Shown piece by piece: positions 54,378 through 64,000 of a DNA stretch of 64,000 bases. The first letter of the stretch is position 1. Every line of letters starts with the position of its first letter. Source of the stretch: Eledone cirrhosa (Eukaryota); NCBI GenBank assembly GCA_964016885.1, contig OZ024751.1:16678001-16742000 (forward strand). The letters are read 5' to 3'. Both the position numbers and the translations under genes were made by a program. Below the pieces are notes generated by a model. It was not told where the DNA came from and searched no databases. It saw nothing but the letters and a program-made list of their open reading frames with translations.

Positions 54378-54877
54378 GTATACGTATACATACTTATATT
54401 TAAGTAACAGCCGTACTAAGAGTGAGAAATGAAATTTCGTTTCATTTTTTTCCATTTATATATATACACATATATAATCACACTGGATGAAAAACTATAC
54501 AAGCACACTTTTACCACCCCGTCATACATAAAGGCTTGTCACAGCTCTCTCTTTTGCACAATCTTACTACACCCTCTTCCTCTTTCTCTCTCACGTTATA
54601 TGTGGATTTGCAGTATCGGTAGAGGGTCGGACGCCATGCTTTCCAGCATAGTTACGTCCCTTTACGATCTGAGTTCAAATCCCCCAGAAGGTGACTTTAC
54701 GGGGTCGATAAAATAAAGTACCAGTAATGCACTGGGTAATTGCTGGCCTTGTGCCTAAAGTAGAAACAGTTATATCTCACTCGTCACAGTATCTTTCAAT
54801 AAAGGCTTAAGATAGGGGGAAAAAAAAAAAAATCGGCGTTGCTGCCTCCACCTCTATATCGAAACAGAAAAATCGAT

Positions 54878-55240
54878 GTATTGATGTTCGGCGTATATAT
54901 TTCAAAATCTTATTAAACCGGATGAATTATGATCATCCATATTTCAACAAAATACTCTAATATTTTACAGTATATATATATACAACAAAACATATTTGAA
55001 AGTGTATTGGTATTCCGGGTATACATTTCAAAATCTTATTGAGCCGGGTGAATTACAATCGTCCATATATCAACAGAATAATTTAATATTTTACAGTATA
55101 TACAACATATTGCGAACTGTATTGGTATTCCGGGTATATATTTCAAAATCTTATTAAACCGGATGAATTACAATTGTCCTAATTTCAACAGAATAATTTA
55201 ATATTTTACACTATTTTTTACACAAAACATAAATACACAT
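54878..55240. repeat. About 120-bp tandem repeat, 3 copies
   Basis: gtattggtattccgggtatacatttcaaaatcttatt..ccggatgaattac..tattttacag repeated three times. Confidence 0.8.
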
Positions 55241-55511
55241 ATTTGAAACTGGACAGCATGAAACACAAACATGGACCCATAACTCTGAAGTAACCACAGG
55301 AACAACAACGATCTGCAAGTCTTTCTGTAAGTGAGTAATGGGTATATTAGGACATTTTGTACGAAACAAAACAGTCATCAGGGACACAATTCAGACAACA
55401 TATATCTCACTACATGTATATATAAATGTGTCAAATTTGAAATTTTATAAGTTCTGCTTCAATAACTCGAGTCATTTATATTTATGTATAATTTTAATGT
55501 TTTAATATAAT

Positions 55512-55557
55512 TACCACCACTAACACAACCATCATAACCATCAGAGTCGCCATCACC

Positions 55558-55596
<39 letters not shown>

Positions 55597-55818
55597 CCAT
55601 CAGTACCGCTACCAACACCGTCATTATCACTACCGTCACTATCACCACCGCCATCATCATTACCATGACTTCCGTCACCAACACCATCACTATCGCCACC
55701 GACACCATCACTACAGCCACCAACACCATCACCGCCACCACCACCAACACCATCATCATCATTACCATCACTACCACCACCAACAACATCATCAACCTTA
55801 CCATCACTACCGTCACCA
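55512..55818. repeat. (CAT/CAC)n trinucleotide tract
   Basis: Direct reading. Confidence 0.9.
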
Positions 55819-56001
55819 TATATATATATATATTGTTTTCTTTAATTAAAAAAAATAAAATATAATAAATCCTAGTTATGTGTTCACATCTTATTTTCAC
55901 ATCCTCATATATAAATATACTCCGTCATCCTTATTTTGAAGAAATAATATAACGTCTACTGAATATATATATATGTGTGTGTGTGTATATATATATCTAT
56001 C

Positions 56002-56040
<39 letters not shown>

Positions 56041-56393
56041 AACTATTTCGTATTTCCAAAGAAATACAGTTTTAGGAAGCCGTAGCTATGCTAACGCCCT
56101 CTGGTGATGTCCAGCAGAAACGAGAATATATACTTTTGTCGCCTGTGTAAATGAGGTGATTAATCTCATTTACATATGAAGCTGCATAAGTTGGCTCAAC
56201 TTATAATAAAAAAGAAATAGGATTTCGCTTCAAGCATAGCTTCATACAATATCTATAAATATTTCTTTTTTATTATAAGTTGTGCCAACTTATGCAGCTT
56301 CATATGCAATTGAGATTAATCACCTCATTTACACAGACGAGAAAAATATATGTTCTCAGCTGTCTTCTAGTTCAGCAGTCGCAAGCGATGGGA

Positions 56394-56446
56394 GGGACCG
56401 TCCTGACGAAGGCCAGTTAAGCCTGAAATGCATAGACGGTTGTCCC
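56394..56446 (+). ncRNA. Minimal type I hammerhead ribozyme motif (family M)
   Basis: gggACCGTC-CTGACGA-AGGC cagttaa GCCT-GAA-ATGCAT-A-GACGGTtgtccc; all stems perfect. Confidence 0.9.
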
Positions 56447-56631
56447 CTTACTTCTGCTGGATATCACCAGAGGGCGTTAGCCCCCCGGTGTTTGCATAGC
56501 TACGGCTTCCTAAAACTGTATTTCTTTGGAAATACGAAATATTTATACATATTGTGTAAAGCTATGCTTGAAACGAAATCCTATTTCTTTTATATATATA
56601 TTATATATATATTATATATATATATATATAT

Positions 56632-56693
<62 letters not shown>

Positions 56694-57305
56694 TGAGTGT
56701 GTGCGTGTGTGTGTGTATGTGTATGCGTGTGCGTGTGTATATATATATATATATATTTATTCAATTAATGAAAGTTGGTTCATCATATAATCCGCCGATA
56801 TTTTTTGTAATCAGACGTAAAGCTCTCTACGATTTGTATTACTCAGTATTTTATGAGTAAGGTATCGATTCATTAAAATATATGAACTGGATATGAACCC
56901 TCTGATAATTTGATACCTTAACCTACTTACAATCCCCAGAATGCTAGCAACAATTCAGCCTCCTGCTCCCTATATAATATCCATAATAGCAATACTATCC
57001 ATATGATTACTGGTCAGCAATGTAAACACAAAGATGAATCAGTAGCGTATCAAAAACAAAATCAACACACATCTCAAACTGACTGAAAGAACATATCAGA
57101 AGATGCAACTACTCTGACATCTTCGAAATACGTATAACAGAAGTAGGTTATAAAAAGAAAATATACACATAAAACCGTCTCTCTTATTCATAATGTATGT
57201 ATTTTTCCTTTTCCATACAACTTCATTTAGACCAAGTGTTTGATCCGAATAAGGTGAAACAGAAACAATTGTTCTCGGTATGGTGAACTAACTGCTGTGG
57301 AACTA

Positions 57306-57401
<96 letters not shown>

Positions 57402-57845
57402 TTTATATATATGATTTATATATATATATATATATAAGAGAATATTGAAGTTTGCTTGAAGCATTGTGGAATAATAAGGTAAATTTCTTTAAGTCGTTTG
57501 GAAGCCTCGACAATGCAGATGGGTAAATCTCCAGGTAACAAGATCCGGTGGTGGAGAGAGAGATGTAAGTGGGTATACGTTGAGATGCGTGGCGTGTATA
57601 AGACTGTAACGTGTAGAGGAATGAAGGAAAGGGCGTAAAGGATAAAAATAGAAATAACAACACGAGAAAGAGTTACCTTGGGAGAGATTTAATTGTCCCT
57701 ATATATTTCGGATTCACATCCATCAACTGGGGGTTTTTCCGGGGGGGGGGGAGGTTGTCTCTCGGAAAGGTGCGAAACGTGTCCTCCGCTGTTCGTTGTT
57801 TTGAATATATATGTATTTATATATATATACACACACACACACACA

Positions 57846-57916
<71 letters not shown>

Positions 57917-58120
57917 GATATTATAACAAATGGAAACTATATTTATAAAACCATATTTATTTCATTATACATTTTTCAAGGACTCCAAGTTAAATTATGG
58001 TGTGCTTTCATCCGATAAAATATAATATAGATCAGTTTTATAAATAAATATTGACATACCCTTAAAGAATGCGACCAATTCTGTTGGAAGCTCCTGGATA
58101 GTCATTTATAAAACTGATCT

Positions 58121-58196
58121 ATATTATATTTTATCTGATGAAAGCACACCATAATTTAACTTGGTGTCCTTGAAATATGTATATTGAAATAAATAT
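58121..58196 (+). ncRNA. Type I hammerhead ribozyme motif (family A)
   Basis: ATATTATATTTTAT-CTGATGA-AAGCACACCA..TGGTGTCCTT-GAA-ATATGTAT-A-TTGAAATAAATAT. An inverted mutated copy (CGGATGA) lies at about 57955-58030. Confidence 0.7.
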
Positions 58197-58379
58197 GGTT
58201 TTATAAATATAGTTTCCATTTGTTAATATATCATATTTTTACTCCAATAATTTGTTGAGTGCTTTATATCAGTTATAAACATATTTGCTTGTTGTATCCC
58301 AACAATTTAAATAGAACTTCTACATATATATATATATATATATATTTATTTTCCTGTACCTTTCCGACGGAAATACTTC

Positions 58380-58486
<107 letters not shown>

Positions 58487-59141
58487 GTAATATAGAAATT
58501 GTATATATATATATAGTAAATTAGAATAATCGAGAATCGGAATTTCAGCCCACGAAATCACGATAAACAATATCCGATATATGTGGCAGAGGTCTCAATA
58601 ATTTGGAAAAATCAGAGCTATAACTATCGTTCAAATACCAACACATAGAGGTCATGCCTAAAATCACCCATGCAGCCGAAAATAAACGACCAGGAAGATT
58701 CGGGTCACTCAAATAAAATATCAATAAATTAATAAATTAAATGAATGTAAAACTTACCCGGACCCGCTAGAATGATGTTAAATCTAGCTTCTTGGGTTTC
58801 TGCAATTCCTTAATCTGAACACTATCAGCCCAATAAAAGATATATAAGGCTTATAGAGAAGAGAGGAACAAGGAAAGCTTTATCAACGAGTCTTTAGTTC
58901 CACAGTATAGAAGGGCCCCGAACCTAACAGTATTCCATAATATATAAGTGACTATAGCGTCAAAATGGGAAAATAGTTAACAAAAGATATGGGAAAAATA
59001 ATTCAGACTCAATTCAAAAGGAATCAGGATATAGATTTATCCAACAGAATTTAGAGAAATCCAGGGAAAAATCAATAGAGCCTTAACTCATGATAAAACA
59101 AAGTCTAAAGTAAACCTTCAATTTGGGACAAATTCAAATAC

Positions 59142-59219
59142 TCTGTATAGTCTTGAAAAGACTATTTCACGAAAACTTTCAGTGGAGATGGTCACGGTTG
59201 GATTTCGTTCCTCGGCAGA
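59142..59219 (-). ncRNA. Hammerhead motif with mutated core (CCGAGGA), diverged family B copy
   Basis: Minus strand: TCTG-CCGAGGA-ACGAAA..TTTCGT-GAA-ATAGTCTT ttc AAGACTAT-A-CAGA. Confidence 0.65.
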
Positions 59220-59399
59220 CCTCAATATGGTAACCAAGGTCTCACTGGTAATATGCCAAAAAGGGAATTTAAAAGCAGGCTAGTTTAACATCATGCGTGG
59301 TTATTAAAATAAACGCACATGTGGAAAAACAGGGCTGGTGACGTCAGAATGAGATAAATGTCACCACACTTATATATATATAATAACTAGAAATGTCAC

Positions 59400-59464
<65 letters not shown>

Positions 59465-59470
<6 letters not shown>

Positions 59471-60445
59471 ACTAGAAATTGATTAACATATAAATAAACA
59501 TGAATAATCACAGGAGATAATTTTTACAAGTGTGTAAGCACACAGCTAGGTAGGTAACTAAATAAAGTTAACCACAACTTCAAAAATAGATACCTTATAA
59601 TATGATTAATCTTCCCTGTATATATTCCATTAAAGAAATATATTTCACCAATTAATCGAATGGTAAACCATGGAGGCAGGTACCTGGATTTTCAACAAGG
59701 AAGAAGTCCAGCTATGTGTGCTTACACACTTGTAAAAATTATCTCCTGTGATTATTCATGTTTATTTTTATGTTCATCAATTTCTAGTTATTATAAAATG
59801 CTCGGACCTATTCGTTAGAATCTTAGAGCTTATTTTGCGGGTGATATGGCGCATGTCTTTCCGGCATGACACCCATAATTTTGATTATCCTAATTTTGGA
59901 TATAGATATATAAATACAGCTCCTTAATTGTAGAGCTAACTCTGTTGAAAGGATTTGACTGCTGTTTCTAGTTGTCGATAACCCTATTCACGCCACTGTG
60001 ACGAAGCTGGTATGATGTGTGTATTTCTAGTAGATACAGCACGTGTTGCTGACCAGTCGCTGATTTGAACTTGAAGTGTAAACATAGATCGCTGGACTTC
60101 TTCCTTGTTGAAAATCCAGGTACCGGCCTCCATGGTTTACCATTCGATTAATTGGTGAAATATATTTCTTTAATGGAATATATACAGGGAAGATTAATTA
60201 TATTATAAAGGTATCTATTTTTGAAGTTCTGGTTAACTTTATTTAGTTACCTACCTAGCTATGTGTGCTTAGACACTTGTAAAAATTATCTCCTGTGATT
60301 ATTCATGTTTATTTATATGTTAATCAATTTCTAGTTATTATAAAATGCTCGGACCTATTAGAATCTTAGAGCTTATTTTGCGGGTGATATGGCGCATGTC
60401 TTTCTGGTATGACACCCATAATTTTGATTATCTTAATTTTGGATA
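59465..60445. mobile_element. Second copy of the 51.2-52.3 kb repeat family (inverted plus partial tandem)
   Basis: Shared blocks such as ctaggtaggtaactaaataaag, acgaagctggtatgatgtgtgtattt and gaaatatatttctttaatggaatatatac; flanked by (TA)n. Confidence 0.7.
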
Positions 60446-60466
60446 TATATATATATATATATATAC

Positions 60467-60498
<32 letters not shown>

Positions 60499-60695
60499 AT
60501 ATACACGGGTGTGTATGATTGTGTATAGAAGATTATATTAATAAGAGGAATTCCAACTTTGTCTGATTTACTCGTTTTATTTACAATCCTTTAACATTTA
60601 TAATGGTATTATAATGAAATAGTATAATAGAATATTAAATGTTAAGTGTTAAAATTGAAGTTGAAAATTGCAAACTTGACTGTCACCACACATTA

Positions 60696-60734
60696 TGAAC
60701 CTGACGATTGCGAAAGCATGAAAGTACTTGTTCA
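60696..60734 (+). ncRNA. Minimal type I hammerhead ribozyme motif (family N), 39 nt
   Basis: TGAAC-CTGACGA-tTGC GAAA GCAt-GAA-AGTACT-T-GTTCA. GNRA-capped stem II and palindromic stem III. Confidence 0.8.
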
Positions 60735-61249
60735 ATTAACACTTAACATTTAATATTCTATCATACTATTTCATTATAATACCATTATAATTTTTAAAGG
60801 ATTGTAAATAAAACGAGTAAATCAGACAAAGTTGGAATTCCTCTTATTAATATATATATATACATATATGCGAAAAGTCGACGGAAACAACCATCGTCAA
60901 ACTCGAAATCAAATAGACAACTATATGATTGTGTGTAATTGTATGTGTGTGCTTATGTGCGTCTGTGTACGTGTGTACTTGAGTGTGTATCTGTATGTGA
61001 GTGTGTGTGTGTGTGGTTGGGAGGGGAGAACGAGATATGTCACGAGGAAGATAGATAAAAAGATTTTGACCGAGAAAAAATATTTTGTGGTAAGCTATAT
61101 ATTTGAAGTGCTATTATACATAAAATATCATATCATTTCTAACAGAGAAACAAGGCCACAGATTTGTAGCCAGGGCGTCTGGCAATAAATTAGCCATCCG
61201 TATAACCACCTCGGAAAAATTAGCGGCAAATATGATGTTGGCGGGATTC

Positions 61250-61316
61250 GATAAAGTGCGTAGCTCGGAGATCAGGGGGGAGTCACTCCAGGTAGAGCCG
61301 CTTCTTTTCCGAATTG
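61250..61316 (+). pseudogene. Tiny RTE LINE fragment
   Basis: DKVRSSEIRGESLQVEPLLFRI resembles the RTE C-terminal DxVRSSxIRE.L.VEPLL segment. Confidence 0.5.
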
Positions 61317-61365
<49 letters not shown>

Positions 61366-61649
61366 GTTATGTATATTTTAATGCATGTTATCCTCTTGCA
61401 TTATCTCTGTTATCTGCCGCATGTATTTTAAATTTGATTTTAAATTTGAATTGCTGTACAAATATAGTATAGTATAATATATGTCACTCTACTGTACATC
61501 AATATATATGTATGTATCTGTATGTCTTTTGTGTTGGATAGGAGGTCAATTATATGTACAGGCATTGAAAAATGCTCCGAAGACTCCAAGCCTAGGTTTG
61601 GATGAAACATATTCCCATTGCTTTATTGTGCTACAATAAAACTCACCTC

Positions 61650-61746
<97 letters not shown>

Positions 61747-61780
61747 TTAATTAGAAAGTAAACAACACAATATATAACTA

Positions 61781-61850
61781 CTCTTTTACCAAAGGTTTCA
61801 GGACGCTATACGATATTAATATACGTCTAGATCGTTCATCAGACAAAGAG
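61781..61850 (-). ncRNA. Type I hammerhead ribozyme motif (family O, imperfect)
   Basis: Minus strand: CTCTTTgt-CTGATGA-..GACG..CGTC..-GAA-ACC ttt GGT-A-AAAGAG. Confidence 0.55.
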
Positions 61851-63273
61851 GTTATGAATAGAAAATATATTCGTAAGTAGTTCTAAAGAATTTAATTTAA
61901 TTTTATTATATTATAATTTTACAATTTGGTTTTGCCAAATTGTATACGGGCAAAACCAACCGCCAAAGACCCAGGGGTAGCCCCGAGCTAGATGGTTGGA
62001 TAACAACAATGAAATTAGGGGGATTTGGAAACCTAAGTAACTTATTGTTTGGCGCAGAAGTTAACAATATTATGATGGAATATATAAACATTTTAAAATA
62101 AAGTTGCCAGTGAGGTATCAATGGTGTTTAATATAGAAAGATATATGTGATAGATGTTATTATTAGGAACAAAAGGGCGATGGATTGTCAGTATAGGTTG
62201 AGCGTCAGACACCATGCATTGTAGCATAGAGTTATGCCCCTTTACGTTCTGAGTTCAAATCCCGAACGTAGTTAGCTTTGCCTTTCATCCTTACAGGTTC
62301 TAAACATTAATATACCAGTAATGCATTAGGTTCGATTTAATCGACTTTCCCCTTCCCCCCAAAATTGCTGGCTTTGTGCCTAAATCACAAACCATTATTA
62401 AGAACAAAAAAAAAAGGGAGGTGGATTGGCAGTAATCGGTAGAGGTGTCGGACGTCATGCTTTGTAGCACAGCCTTATGGCCCTTACGGTCTGAGTTCAA
62501 ATCACGCCAAGGTTTACTTTGCCTTTCACACTTACGGGGTCCGATAAAATAAAGTACCAGTAATGCACTGGATAATTGCTGGCCTTGTGCCAAAAGTAGA
62601 AACAATTATTAGAAACAAAACAATCTTTACTTAGAGGTTGATATTACAGCCTACAATAACAGGGGGCCAACTCTTAATGGATAATATTACATCGAACGGT
62701 TTAAACTTTTCAAGGGAAATAAATCCGGTGAATAATTCTATCGTTAAAGGGAAATAACTTTAACATATTTTCATGTTTAAATGAAAATTTAATGGAAGTT
62801 TTTATATTTGAGGAAGCAATTTTATGAAAGTTACCGAAATAATTGAAGATATAAAGTTTCATATAAGGTTTAATGAAGGCAGTGATAATAACTTGTGCCC
62901 CCTATAAGAATTTCTATAACGTGTAGGTGTCACGACAAAATGTACCCAGCATACACTGTCAATGTGTCACCCGACCAAACTTGCGCATAATGGGAAAATA
63001 CTTTGAAAGGAAGTTGACCCGAAACGGAGATACAAATGGAATAAAACAAATGTTGCGTCTATCGGAGAACGGGTTCCCGAGATACTGGGATTTTCAGGGT
63101 ATCTTCTTAAATATAGAGAGAGAAAGATAGAGAGAAAGAGATAGTGGTTGTGATGAGAGAGCAGATTGAAAGAGAGATATAGAGAGAGGGAGAGGAGACA
63201 GAGAAGGAGAATGGAAGAGAGAGAGGGGGGTGCTTGTGGTGTTGTTGTGTGTGTATATATATATATATATATA

Positions 63274-64000
63274 TTAATGCCTTATGGAAGGTTCTCCAGA
63301 AACTTGGTTGCCCTGATAAGTTCCTTGCTTTAGTTAGGGCTTTCCATGACGACATAAAGGCTTGGGTTAATGTCGGAGGTAACATGTCGGAGCCTATCTC
63401 AGTAAGTGCATTTTGAATGCATTTTCTGATGCTTGCAATGCACTAGGATTGACTGTCAGTCTCAAGAAAACCGTCATCATGTACCAACCTGCCCCTGGTA
63501 AGCAGTACAGTGAACCAAATATCTATGTGTAAACGACTTGGAGTGGTTGATTAGCTTGTCTACCTCGGAAGCACTGTCAATCGATACAGCAACCTTGATA
63601 ATGAAATCCCACTCAGGATTAGGAAAGCAAATGATGCTTTCGGAAAGCTAGAAACGCGACTCTGGGGTCGGCGAGACATATGCAAGAAGACAAAGGTAAA
63701 GGTGTACAAGGCATGTGTGCTCTCTTCTCTTCTTTATGCTTGCGTGACCTGGGTCACATATCGCAACCACCTTAAGCAATTGGAGCGTTTCCATCAGATG
63801 TGTCTCAGACGGATCAACGGCGTTCACTGGAGAGACCACATCAGTGATGTCAAGATTTTGGAAAGCTCTCTGTGTGACAGTATAGAAGCTCTTGTGCTTA
63901 AGCAACGACTCCGTTGGAGTGATCACCTTGCCAGGATGAAGGATTCTAGAATACCAAAACAACTCCTTTATGGAGAGTTAGTTAAAGGAAAACGACCGCC
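63274..64000 (+). pseudogene. RTE-clade (BovB-like) LINE reverse transcriptase relic, 5'-truncated and internally deleted, running off the window
   Basis: LWKVLQKLGCPDKFLALVRAFHD..GLTVSLKKT..YLGS..AFGKL..TKVKVYKACVLSSLLYAC.TW..LERFHQMCLRRI..W.D..RLRWSDHLARMKDSRIPKQLLYGEL..GKRP; the QG and YADD core is absent. Confidence 0.9.

Noticed and set aside
56282-56860. 192-aa ORF
   Set aside because: Spans a hammerhead-bearing repeat and microsatellites; no recognisable domain.

Overview
AT-rich, microsatellite-dense animal genomic DNA. The dominant tRNA-derived SINE families point to an octopus/coleoid cephalopod (inference). It holds one real protein-coding gene, a ZIP1/ZIP3-type (SLC39A subfamily II) zinc transporter with a single coding exon at 49737-50762 (+). 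Almost all other ORFs in the track are artefacts of (TA)n/(CA)n/(GAT)n repeats. The rest is mobile DNA: about 30 copies of a tRNA-head SINE, a second CORE-like SINE, RTE, R4-like and CRE-like LINE relics, hAT MITEs and a Helitron end. The most striking signal, read by hand, is about 16 type I hammerhead ribozyme motifs with intact cores plus about 8 damaged ones, from roughly 15 unrelated sequence families. They sit in short (TA)n-flanked repeats arranged as partial tandem and inverted copies, the architecture of Penelope-like element terminal repeats or non-LTR retrozymes. Repeat boundaries are approximate and no ribozyme activity has been tested.
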